Below are positions 31,501 through 40,350 of a stretch of 64,000 nucleotides of DNA, piece after piece (position 1 is the stretch's first letter; every line of letters begins with the position of its first letter). Position numbers and translations under genes: made by a program. The DNA lies in NCBI GenBank assembly GCA_964497435.1, contig CAZCCD010000001.1, positions 87,009-151,008 of the forward strand, written 5' to 3'. Source of the DNA: Candidatus Woesearchaeota archaeon (GTDB taxonomy: Archaea > Nanobdellota > Nanobdellia > Pacearchaeales > GW2011-AR1). The notes beneath the pieces are model-generated. The model saw nothing but the letters and a program-made list of their open reading frames with translations, made no database searches and was not told the DNA's origin.

Positions 31501-32147
31501 TTCTTGTCTTTTTTTTCATCGAAAAGATTTATTTTAAGACCCGCATTAAGAAAAACTATTTCTCTAAACCTGGTTTCAAGAACCTTATAATCAAACTCTA
31601 AAACAGAAAAAATATCAGGGTCTGGCCAAAATGTAACTTTTGTCCCTGTTTGCCCATTATCTGTTTTTCCAATAACTTCTATTTTTGTCTTTGCATCTCC
31701 CCTTGAATATTCTTGTCTGTAAATTTTTCCATCTCTTTTTATTTCAACAATCATTTTTTTAGAAAGTGCATTCACAACAGAAACCCCTACGCCATGCAAA
31801 CCTCCAGAAATAACGTAAGATTTCTTGTCAAATTTTCCTCCAGCATGTAACTTAGTCAATGCTATTTGAACAGCAGGCAGTTTGTATTCTTTATGGATAT
31901 CTACTGGAATTCCTCTTCCATCATCCTCGACTGTAACACTCCCATCTTTATTTATAGAAACATCAATTTTCTTACAAAATCCAGCCAAAGCCTCGTCAAC
32001 AGAGTTGTCAACTACCTCATAAACAAGATGATGCAAACCGTCTTTGCCAGTAGAACCAATGTACATAGCGGGCCTTTTTTTCACTCCTTCAAGACCTTCC
32101 AAAACTTTTATTGATTCAGCACTATATTCACTTGCCATTTTACTCAT
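28584..32147 (-). CDS. gyrB: DNA gyrase subunit B with intein
   Basis: KRPAMYIG, EVVDNSVDE, GGLHGVG, VEGESAGG, IIIM|intein|TDADVDG, RFKGLGEM. Confidence 0.97.
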   Translation of the reverse strand: MSKMASEYSAESIKVLEGLEGVKKRPAMYIGSTGKDGLHHLVYEVVDNSVDEALAGFCKKIDVSINKDGSVTVEDDGRGIPVDIHKEYKLPAVQIALTKLHAGGKFDKKSYVISGGLHGVGVSVVNALSKKMIVEIKRDGKIYRQEYSRGDAKTKIEVIGKTDNGQTGTKVTFWPDPDIFSVLEFDYKVLETRFREIVFLNAGLKINLFDEKKDKKEEFFAAGGLIEFVKWINRSKEALHKPIYFKRESKDNVLEVAVQYNTGYQENIFGFVNTINTVEGGTHVSGFKTALTRVINDYLKKTGNGKEIDLTGDDTREGLTAIISLKMAEPQFEGQTKTKLGNSDIKGIVDSISSSALSEFFEENPPIAKKIALKVMESAKARVAAKKAKDLVRRKSAFSLGGLPGKLADCSKKKTEDTELYLVEGESAGGSAKQARSKEIQAILPLKGKILNIEKANPSKALSSEEIANMITVIGTGVGEQFDINKLRYGKIIIMSVDGRETTFIQTPQGEIRCVKIGEFIDFAIENKLNVSNYKVLCFNLKTMRSQFKSIKAVIKHPIDETLYEIKTSYGRSVKVTSSHSVFVYENNEVRLKKGNEIKKGDKIVAPKNLPLYNYNYPKKIDLLSLLVRNKKNITVSVYIRGNSISELLKHKLLEKYKDDDNLVGERVIIPEEVRKKIRSHREENKLSQQFICENVGIKQPCTYYDWERGKNKPTLKKFEEYIKTLGMDKGQVLSQVQIVKSHLDNVWERQYKNSGRNKVKNYISLAEIEESDLSYIGEDIIICAEHYAHQGLGRYIQVNKSFMKLMGFWLAEGSWSLRNGLRMAIGNNDTCLAPELNMAFKEVFGLPAKLSYAKNHQTCGELKLVNKIVALFWKFIFNLEKSTSINKKMPSIAFNVSRDLQLEFLRTYFLGDGTLSKHNLSFTTVSRDLADQLMYLLQSFGVMASISEREPSINSSIISKHRVYTVSVNSKNNLLILKRIWENHRNAHLLQAKIEGVHFSINQKFVAISEDLVGLEVKDIQEVECSSSDVYDFSVDEDENFVAGFGGLCCHNTDADVDGEHIKTLLLTFFFRFMPHLIEGGNIYVAMPPLYRVRKNKDHYVYSDKELKKLSEKLGKALVTRFKGLGEMSLDQLWETTMNPKTRKIKKIYIEDAIEADRVFSMLMGDDVQARKEFIQDNAQTANLDV
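28989..30662 (-). mobile_element. 558-aa intein in the GyrB TOPRIM domain with XRE-HTH insertion and LAGLIDADG endonuclease
   Basis: Starts SVDG, block B VTSSHSV, ends CCHN followed by Thr; LMGFWLAEGS and FLRTYFLGDG; HTH LSQQFICENVG...YDWERG...P. Confidence 0.93.
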
Positions 32148-32524
32148 TCAAATTTAATAGTCCTAACTAAAAGTTAGGTTTTTTGAACTAATTTTTTAGT
32201 CAAAATTCGTTTAATTATAATGAAATTAATTAAACTTTATTTATAAACTTTTCCTAGCAAAAATTCAATTTATCGACGGTAAAATTTAAAAACTCCGGTT
32301 TTTTATAATTTTATCTAGATTTAAAGCTCACTCAGAGATTGATAAAAATGAATGGTAATTAACCTATAAATTCTATTTTAAATATTGCTAATTTCGAGCG
32401 AACACTAAAATGTGCATTTGTCTATGCTTAGCCAAATGGAAGCGAGAGTAATTGTATATTTATAATAGGAAAGGGGTTTTTGTTCTATATTCATATTTAA
32501 AAATATTGAAATCTTAATAATCCC

Positions 32525-32803
32525 ATGAGGAAAAATGCATTAATATCTTTAATACTCTGGATTCTTATAGTGACTTTTGTTACTCTAGTGTTAACAGGAA
32601 CCCTTATCTCAAAAAATACTGGAAAAACCAGGACTTTTACAAAAGCCATATGCGACCACAATAACTACTGTGAAGACTTTATTATTAAATGTGAGGGTAA
32701 GAAAATTATAAGCATCTCTCCAATAAGTGGGGCAGCGACAAAATACCCTATAAGCTGGTTAGATCCGAGGGCAATAGAAGAGGCTGGAATAGTATGTAGC
32801 TAA
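32525..32803 (+). CDS. Small membrane-anchored 3-Cys protein
   Basis: TM helix, then TFTKAICD.NN.C.D..I.C...PI.GA...W.DPR. Confidence 0.7.
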   Translation: MRKNALISLILWILIVTFVTLVLTGTLISKNTGKTRTFTKAICDHNNYCEDFIIKCEGKKIISISPISGAATKYPISWLDPRAIEEAGIVCS

Positions 32804-32883
32804 TTTAGGCATTTTTATTCTTTTTATCATTTATTAATAGTAACAATAGAAAGATTTATATACTAAATAATACTATAAATATC

Positions 32884-33171
32884 ATGAACAAAATAATAAT
32901 CTCATTAATAATTGCATTAATTATTCTATCTGGAAGCATGATATTCATACTCACAAATATCATAAGCGCTGAAGAAAAAACCCCAGAGTTAAAAGCATAT
33001 ACATACACAAAAGCAATATGTGATGATAATAACTTCTGTCAAGATCATATTATAACATGTAAAGGCAGTGCATTAATAAACAATGAGCCAATAACAGGAG
33101 CCTTTGTCCAATTTCCTATAAAATGGAAAGACCCTAGGAGCGAAAAAGAAATAAATACTTTTTGTAAATAA
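32884..33171 (+). CDS. Tandem paralog of 32525-32803
   Basis: Same TYTKAICD...W.DPR motif. Confidence 0.7.
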   Translation: MNKIIISLIIALIILSGSMIFILTNIISAEEKTPELKAYTYTKAICDDNNFCQDHIITCKGSALINNEPITGAFVQFPIKWKDPRSEKEINTFCK

Positions 33172-33515
33172 ATCAAAAAATGACAAAATCAGTTGATAAT
33201 ACTTTTAGTAATTAGTATTGAAGAATATGCTCTTATCTGTAAATAAATTTCTAGCACATAATATATCTTTACATTCTAATGATACTGTCAACTTAAAATG
33301 ATATTCTTCTTTTAATTTAAAATAATCTTAAAGATTGCTTTTATTTATATGTAAAATTTGCACTCCTCGCATTTGCTCGTCGTGAATTTATTAAAATGTT
33401 AAATCTGTGAACGAAAGTGAACAGCAATTTAGAAAATCACAAATTGAGTTATGTCTTGATAACTTAACAGTATTTCACTCTAATTAAAAAGGTCCAACAA
33501 ATAAAAAATATCTAT

Positions 33516-34874
33516 TTAAGCTGCGCTAGTAGAGGTAGCAGCAGAAGCAGCATAACCAGAAATCCTTGACTTTAAATAATGAGTAATTATTATGATAATT
33601 ATAGAGATTATCGCAACAGATAATATCACTATTATAATAATCCACCTAAATGTATCAATCTTTCTAGGTCCTATATCAAACCAGCTACTAGAACTAGCTG
33701 TCTTATCATCATAATTTAATTGAGCATAAAGAACATATTTTCCAAATCCTGATTTAGTTGGTAATGTAAACTCTTTGTCAAAAACAGTCCTGTCAGTTAC
33801 TGTTAACTGTTCATCCTCTCTATAGATTATATTTTCATCTTCATCTTTTATTACATAATTCAATATAACATCTTGAGCTCCTGGCACAAGTTTAGTCAAA
33901 TAGAAGGTTGCAAGGATTTTATCTCCAGGAAGAACATGTTTATATTGATCTAGCATTTCTATGACAATGTCGAACAATGCATCAGGAGATACAACCTCTA
34001 TTGAGAATATTAATTCTTCTTGTTTATAACTTGTCCAGACATTAACCTTTCCAAGATATAAATTAGGCTCTTGGCCTGCACTAGATGTTATGATTGCTTT
34101 TATTGTCCTTGCTTGACCAGCAGGTAAAACAAAGTTATTTCCTCCAATAATGCCTATCATTCCATTATCAGGATTTCCAATATTTACTGTATATGCAACA
34201 TTAGATGGATTTGTAATTGTAAACTCTGCTTCAATACTTCCTCCTTGTAATACCTTAACTTCTACAGGATTTTTATCAATACTAAACTGTGGAAGCGGTC
34301 CTGGAATAACACCACCTCCACCACCTCCACCGCCAGTAGTAGTTGTTGTAGTTCCTCCACAACCTTCATTAATCTGATTATTACAATTATCATCATAGCT
34401 TGTTGAGCAAGATTCTGTTGCTCCTGGATTAACAGCTGCATTAAAGTCATTGCAATCTAGAGTTCCGCAGGCTCCTCCAGTGCCATTATAACCATCACCA
34501 TCATTGTTAATGCAAATTAAAGGAGCGCTTGTATTATAGACTAAATTAAGTTGAGTTGTCTGCTCATTAGCAAAAGTATAATTTGCTGAAAAATATCCAT
34601 CAAGGGTAAATGTAATAACATTTCCATTAACCCCATTTTCAACTAAAAACACTTCATTATATCCATAATACCCATTTTCACTCATCAATTCATTTATTAA
34701 AGAACCATTAATATATGCCTGAACATTGTAGTTTGGAGAGGTTATAATGCTTCCACCAGTATTAACAATTTGCCCGTAAAACTGATGGAAACTAGGTATT
34801 TGCTGTGCATAGGCAAAGCTAACAAAAACAACTACTAAAGCCAATATTAAATTTTTATTAACCATTTTCAACAC
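33516..34874 (-). CDS. Surface protein with MopE-like motif, Thr/Gly linker, Ig-like domains and C-terminal TM anchor
   Basis: Signal peptide; DCND...NPGATE; TTTTTTGGGGGGGG; C-terminal hydrophobic helix; overlaps the end of the 1800-aa gene. Confidence 0.75.
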   Translation of the reverse strand: MLKMVNKNLILALVVVFVSFAYAQQIPSFHQFYGQIVNTGGSIITSPNYNVQAYINGSLINELMSENGYYGYNEVFLVENGVNGNVITFTLDGYFSANYTFANEQTTQLNLVYNTSAPLICINNDGDGYNGTGGACGTLDCNDFNAAVNPGATESCSTSYDDNCNNQINEGCGGTTTTTTGGGGGGGGVIPGPLPQFSIDKNPVEVKVLQGGSIEAEFTITNPSNVAYTVNIGNPDNGMIGIIGGNNFVLPAGQARTIKAIITSSAGQEPNLYLGKVNVWTSYKQEELIFSIEVVSPDALFDIVIEMLDQYKHVLPGDKILATFYLTKLVPGAQDVILNYVIKDEDENIIYREDEQLTVTDRTVFDKEFTLPTKSGFGKYVLYAQLNYDDKTASSSSWFDIGPRKIDTFRWIIIIVILSVAIISIIIIIITHYLKSRISGYAASAATSTSAA

Positions 34875-37800
34875 TAAATCCTGTTATAGGTATGATTGTT
34901 GATTGATTGTTAACGTAAATCCAGTAAGCTCTTTCTCCTTGAAGATTATCAGTTGGATTTACTGAATCATAATTTCCAGTCAAAGGATTGTAAGTATATA
35001 AATAAGTATAGCTAACTCCTCCAAGTATTTGTGAGGCTTGGTAAGGATTGGAGAAAGTTCCTATTAAATTCCATCCAGGGTTCAAAGATATTGTAGGCCT
35101 TGTTAAATCACCCTGTCTCTTAGATCCATTAATGACTAAGTTAGCAGGGGTATTCATGAATACAAAATAGCCTTTACCTACTTCTAAATTAAATAAGTTG
35201 CTTGGCCTTCCGTCAAAGTGATAAATCTTGAATCCATTATCATAGGTATAAACTGTATCAACATTGCTTCTAATATCTTTAAATACATTTTCTACTGAAG
35301 TATTATCGACAATTAAAGGCAAGCTGAAAGAATTCTTTCCTGTTTGTAAAGGCACACTCCTTATTTCATATCTTTTCTGACTTAATACAACTCTCAATAA
35401 TCCTGCTCCTCTAGGAGATTCATAATTAACACCTTGTATGTTTGCTCTGAAGTAATATTCAGGGTCTCCATTCAATCCAAGTAATCCATCGTCCTGCCAC
35501 TCTGCCTGCCAGACAGATCTTGCAACTCCGTTAACAAAGGTTACATTGTTAGGATTGAATGTTGCAGGATCATCAGCTCCTCCTATAAACTCATCGAGAA
35601 TATTGTCATCTTCCAAGACAGTAAATGAAACTGATTGGCCATTACAATCACTGTTTCCTTCAACAACCACATCAACTAAATCTCCTTCTGTCGCAGATGT
35701 TGTGCTCCAATATCTATTTGTAACAATGCAATTTCCAACAGGACAACCCTCATCAATCTGTCCATAACCAGAATCTCCAGGGCATTGATTATCTATTCCA
35801 TCTCCGCAAGTTTCCGGAGCTCCAGGATAGATAGTTGCTCCAATTCCTACAGTATCATTACAGTCTACAACACCACAACTTCCTCCAGTAACATTGTAAC
35901 CATCACCATCATTATCAGTACATGTAACTACAAGTCCGCAACCAGTAGGAGCTGGGAATTGAATTGGATCACAAGTTTCTCCAGGAGCACATAATGAATT
36001 ATCATTTGTATGTATATCACAAGCATCAGTTGCCTCATTGCAGGAATCGACAGTACAAGAGTAAGGATCAGTATTTACACAGTTTACTGGAGTTCCTGAC
36101 CTACAATCAAGTAAAGAATCACAATATTCAACACCATCACAATATAAACCATTATTACAAACAGCATTATTTGGTGGATGTTCTATTGTATCTGTTGTTT
36201 CATTACAAGAATCAACAGTGCAGGAAACACCGTCGCTAATATTAAGAGGGATTCCATCATCCACACATACCTGGCTCTGGCATCTATCAGCTCCATTACA
36301 ATATAATCCATCATCACAGGCTGTGCCATCTGGCTGGCCAGTGCATGCAGTTATGACTCCGCAACCTGTTGGTGGTGGGAAATAAACAGTATTACAAACC
36401 TGTCCTCCTGAACATAAAGCATCATTCTCTACATTATTACAACTGTCTGTAGATTCATTACAAGAATCAACTGTACAAGAATAAGAGTCAGCACAATTTA
36501 CAGGGGTTCCTGCCTGACAACCTGAAACACCTCCACAAGTCTCATCTCCGTTGCACCATAAAGAATCAGCACACAAAGAATTTCCTCCATTGTCATTTAC
36601 TCCATTGCAATCATTATCTAATCCATCGCAGGTTTCACTACTTGGTGTGCCTGGAACACATGTGCTACTTTGAGCCCCTCCGCTACAAGTGTATACTCCT
36701 GTTGAAGAGCATTGACCTACTCCACAAGTTGTAGGTTGATTATACCATGGCTCATTTACTCCGTCAGATGTTCCTGCATTACAATCATCATCAACACCAT
36801 TACAAATTTCATTCCTACCAGGATTAACACTTGGATTAACATCATTACAATCTGCAATACCGCAACCTGAAGCACTTTGATTATATCCATCACCATCATT
36901 ATCAACACAATAAAGAATATTGATTTGTATTGTTTCCTGTGCCTCTGGATTTGGTGGAGGATTATGTAAAGGATCAGCTAAATGAGTCCTAATAGTATGA
37001 ACACCATTAGCAAGATTATTTATTCTTACAGTATTGGAGTTAATCCAAGTAGCTAAAGGAGTTGGTCCAACTACTTGATTAAACTCTACAACATTATCTG
37101 GAGCATTGTAAAACATTAAATGATCAGCACTTCCATCAACATGGAAATGTATATGATTGCTTCCTTTTCCTCCAACAACCCAATTAACAGTATTGAAAAC
37201 AACTGTAACATTTTGATTATTAATAGTGCTTAAATTCAAAGGAGAAGTTATATCAACACTAGGAATTGGTGTAGGGGCCACACTAAAGTTAATTAAATAA
37301 TCATCTGTGTCTGGATTGAAATTTCCAACAGTGTCATTACACTTAACATAAATGTCATATGCTTGGCCATCAGCAGTAGGCATATTATCGCCATGGAATA
37401 AGCCATTTGTAACACTGAAGGTAGCTACCATTGTAGCATAAGGCTGATTAGGGAAAGGATGATATTTACATGTTGCTGTTTCATCTGTTGTTAAATTAAA
37501 TGGAACAGAAGTTGTTCCGCTAGGGAATACTCTATCTAAAACAGGTTGTCTGTTGCTTCTTACTGGAGGTGTTGTGTCTATTGTTATTGTTCTGGTTGAA
37601 GAAGTTGTGCATAATGAAGAAGTGTCACAAGCTCTTACATACCATGTATGGACCCCACTAGATAATGTACTAGAAAAAAGATAGACTCCATTAATGCCAG
37701 AAGTATTAACCTGGCTAAATACTCCATCAACATATAAGCTGACATTTAGTAAAGCAACATTATCAGTGGCAGTAGAACTGAATGTTACTAAAGGATTGTT

Positions 37801-40260
37801 CGTTGTAGACAAATCTGCAGGGGAGTTTAAAGTTAGAGTTGGAGGTGTTGTATCTCCTGCAACACTAACAGTAAGGGAGAAAGTGCTAGAGCTAGTGCAT
37901 TGTCCAATATTATCACATGCCCTCATAAACCAAGTATAAGCTCCATTACTAAGGATTGAATTAAAGTTATAATTAACACCATTAGCTCCTGATGTGTTTG
38001 TCTGATTCAAAACTCCATTTATGAACAAGCTCACATTAGTTATTCCAGTATCATCACCAACACTTCCCACAAAGTTAATTGAAGAGGCGGTGCTTGTAAA
38101 TCCATTTGTTGGAGAAATCAAGCTAACTACTGGAGGATTGTTTGGAACAGCTCCTCCAGTTCCCCACTGAACTTCAGTCATCCACATTACACTAGTATAA
38201 TTATTTAATGGATTAGACAATCTTATCCATCCCATATTTGCAGGCTGCCACAATCTTAAGCTTGTTGTTGAAACTTGGGAAAAGGCGTAGCTTGAGTTTG
38301 TAACATTATCATTAACTAAGTTATGTTGCGCAGTAGTATTCTGATAACTTCCACTACTGCTATTGAAGTATTGTATCCAAACTTGTTGCGAAACCATATA
38401 ATTCTGCCTGAAGGTATTCCACCCCCACCACATTGTAACATTTCCTATTGTCTGAGGCCCTGTTGTAAAGTTAACAGTAATCCAGTGAGGTCCGCTATTA
38501 TCTGTACCATAGCCACAAGAACCATCTCCTGTACAACTCCCCCATTGTTCTGATGATAATGTACTTGTCAAGACTCCATTAATTAAAACATCTTTGTTAT
38601 AAATAGGAGGAAGATTATAAGCGCTACTAACATTAACAATTACAGCTGGACCTCCTCCAGAAGCAACACTAAATGTGAAAGAATAATCATTAGTATTAAC
38701 ATTTCCAGCTGTATCATTGCATCTTACATAAGTTGTATAGCTGTTTCCATCAGTCAATCCTGATCTAGTACTTGTATGAGAGGTTGTTCCTGCTCCTGCA
38801 AAAGTATTTGTCATAGATGTATATGCAACTCCGGCTGTTGATGACCATTTGCACGTTGCTGCTTCGTTTGTTGCAACACTAATTGATGTAGATGTTGTTC
38901 CAGCTGCAAGAGTTCCTGTTGGCTGGCCGTTTGAAATTATTGGAGGTGTTGTATCTCCGCCAGCACTCACAGTCACACTCCCATCATCAACAATAGGAGT
39001 AATTGTCATAGCAGTATCGTTGTCAATTGTTGAATTAACCCAGATAACATTAGCCACATCTAAAAGAGAAGAGCCACCACCAACAGTACTGAAATTAACT
39101 ATTGCTAAAACTCCATCATCTGTATACAAACCAACATTACTGCTTCCATTTGTCTGGTTTCTTATATTATACATAGACAAGTTTCCAGGAGTCAAAGTAT
39201 AATCGAATAGAGTCACAGCCCCATCACTCCTTAATATAGGGCCTTCAGTTGGTGGAAGATTAACTGACAACACAGCTGGATTAAACAATAAGTCAAATTG
39301 CAATCCATAAATATCGCTGGCTGTAACAGGAGCCTGAATCTTTATGGAGACATTGAAAGTTGCAGGATGAGTTACAGTTTGTGTAGCAGGAGAAACATAA
39401 ACCCTGTCTTGGGAAATTAATTTCTGAACAGTTAAAAGAGGAGCACTGCTTTGGATATTAGTGGAAGGATTTGAAACCAAAACAGCATTAAAATAATATT
39501 CCGGAGGGTCTACTTCAGGAATGCCTTCTCCTTGCCATTCAGCTATCCATGTTGTAGATACCAAGCTTCCTGAAAAAACAGCATTTGCAGGATTTATTAA
39601 TACAGAATCGTCATCTCCAGGGAAAAAGTCATCCTCCCAAATCGTGAAGTTAACAGCTTGTCCAGCGCAAGAAGAAGTCCCGACAACAGTCAAAGTCACT
39701 AAATTTCCTTCTGTCGCTGATGTTGTGCTCCAATAAGCATTTGTAAATTGACAAGGAGTATTTGTAACAGAGCCATTAGTAACAGTGACTCCAGGAATTC
39801 CAACACTCTGATTTGTTATTGTTGAATTAACCCAGATAACATTAGCGAGATTTAGGGGAGAGGTTCCAGCAGAATTAAGTGTAAAGCTAAGAGTTGTAAA
39901 TAAATCATCAGGTGTATTAACTCCTGTTGTTGTTCCATTTCTTGAATTATAAACAGTCACAATTCCTGGAACAGATGAAAAAGTGAAAACAGTTGAAGGT
40001 GCTCCTGTTCCAAGAAGAGGTCCTTCAATCGGAGGAGGATTAAAAGTCAAGATGCTTGGATTATAAGTAAGATTATATTGGACAGCATAAACATCACTCC
40101 CTCCTGTTGGCGCTCTTCCTCTAACCTCGACATTAAAATTACTTCCAACATCAACACTTTGGGAAGGAGGATTAATATAAATTTCTACAGCAGAAACATA
40201 ACTGATTAGTGTAAAAAATATTACAAAGATAAAAAACAACATCCTCTCTTTTTTCTTCAT
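34858..40260 (-). CDS. Scaffoldin-like secreted protein: two cohesin-like domains, Ig-like domains, Cys-rich repeats
   Basis: Two ~145-aa repeats (P.SQ.V..G..FNV.V...YAVQYNLTYNP.IL and YGLQFDLLFNPAVL...L..ANVIWVNST) fitting the cohesin pattern; DTTPP Ig domains; CTVDSCNE repeats; GWNLIG terminal domain. Confidence 0.72.
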   Translation of the reverse strand: MKKKERMLFFIFVIFFTLISYVSAVEIYINPPSQSVDVGSNFNVEVRGRAPTGGSDVYAVQYNLTYNPSILTFNPPPIEGPLLGTGAPSTVFTFSSVPGIVTVYNSRNGTTTGVNTPDDLFTTLSFTLNSAGTSPLNLANVIWVNSTITNQSVGIPGVTVTNGSVTNTPCQFTNAYWSTTSATEGNLVTLTVVGTSSCAGQAVNFTIWEDDFFPGDDDSVLINPANAVFSGSLVSTTWIAEWQGEGIPEVDPPEYYFNAVLVSNPSTNIQSSAPLLTVQKLISQDRVYVSPATQTVTHPATFNVSIKIQAPVTASDIYGLQFDLLFNPAVLSVNLPPTEGPILRSDGAVTLFDYTLTPGNLSMYNIRNQTNGSSNVGLYTDDGVLAIVNFSTVGGGSSLLDVANVIWVNSTIDNDTAMTITPIVDDGSVTVSAGGDTTPPIISNGQPTGTLAAGTTSTSISVATNEAATCKWSSTAGVAYTSMTNTFAGAGTTSHTSTRSGLTDGNSYTTYVRCNDTAGNVNTNDYSFTFSVASGGGPAVIVNVSSAYNLPPIYNKDVLINGVLTSTLSSEQWGSCTGDGSCGYGTDNSGPHWITVNFTTGPQTIGNVTMWWGWNTFRQNYMVSQQVWIQYFNSSSGSYQNTTAQHNLVNDNVTNSSYAFSQVSTTSLRLWQPANMGWIRLSNPLNNYTSVMWMTEVQWGTGGAVPNNPPVVSLISPTNGFTSTASSINFVGSVGDDTGITNVSLFINGVLNQTNTSGANGVNYNFNSILSNGAYTWFMRACDNIGQCTSSSTFSLTVSVAGDTTPPTLTLNSPADLSTTNNPLVTFSSTATDNVALLNVSLYVDGVFSQVNTSGINGVYLFSSTLSSGVHTWYVRACDTSSLCTTSSTRTITIDTTPPVRSNRQPVLDRVFPSGTTSVPFNLTTDETATCKYHPFPNQPYATMVATFSVTNGLFHGDNMPTADGQAYDIYVKCNDTVGNFNPDTDDYLINFSVAPTPIPSVDITSPLNLSTINNQNVTVVFNTVNWVVGGKGSNHIHFHVDGSADHLMFYNAPDNVVEFNQVVGPTPLATWINSNTVRINNLANGVHTIRTHLADPLHNPPPNPEAQETIQINILYCVDNDGDGYNQSASGCGIADCNDVNPSVNPGRNEICNGVDDDCNAGTSDGVNEPWYNQPTTCGVGQCSSTGVYTCSGGAQSSTCVPGTPSSETCDGLDNDCNGVNDNGGNSLCADSLWCNGDETCGGVSGCQAGTPVNCADSYSCTVDSCNESTDSCNNVENDALCSGGQVCNTVYFPPPTGCGVITACTGQPDGTACDDGLYCNGADRCQSQVCVDDGIPLNISDGVSCTVDSCNETTDTIEHPPNNAVCNNGLYCDGVEYCDSLLDCRSGTPVNCVNTDPYSCTVDSCNEATDACDIHTNDNSLCAPGETCDPIQFPAPTGCGLVVTCTDNDGDGYNVTGGSCGVVDCNDTVGIGATIYPGAPETCGDGIDNQCPGDSGYGQIDEGCPVGNCIVTNRYWSTTSATEGDLVDVVVEGNSDCNGQSVSFTVLEDDNILDEFIGGADDPATFNPNNVTFVNGVARSVWQAEWQDDGLLGLNGDPEYYFRANIQGVNYESPRGAGLLRVVLSQKRYEIRSVPLQTGKNSFSLPLIVDNTSVENVFKDIRSNVDTVYTYDNGFKIYHFDGRPSNLFNLEVGKGYFVFMNTPANLVINGSKRQGDLTRPTISLNPGWNLIGTFSNPYQASQILGGVSYTYLYTYNPLTGNYDSVNPTDNLQGERAYWIYVNNQSTIIPITGFSVENG

Positions 40261-40350
40261 ATTCTACCTCTTATATATTATATTAATAGTGGAAATTTCC
40301 CTTTATTAATCTTATTGTCTTATAACTTATCTATTAATAAAACTACAATG

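Noticed and set aside
34311..34353. Gly/Thr codon runs (also about 61643-61695) as tandem repeats or contingency loci
   Set aside because: They are in-frame low-complexity linkers with mixed codons.
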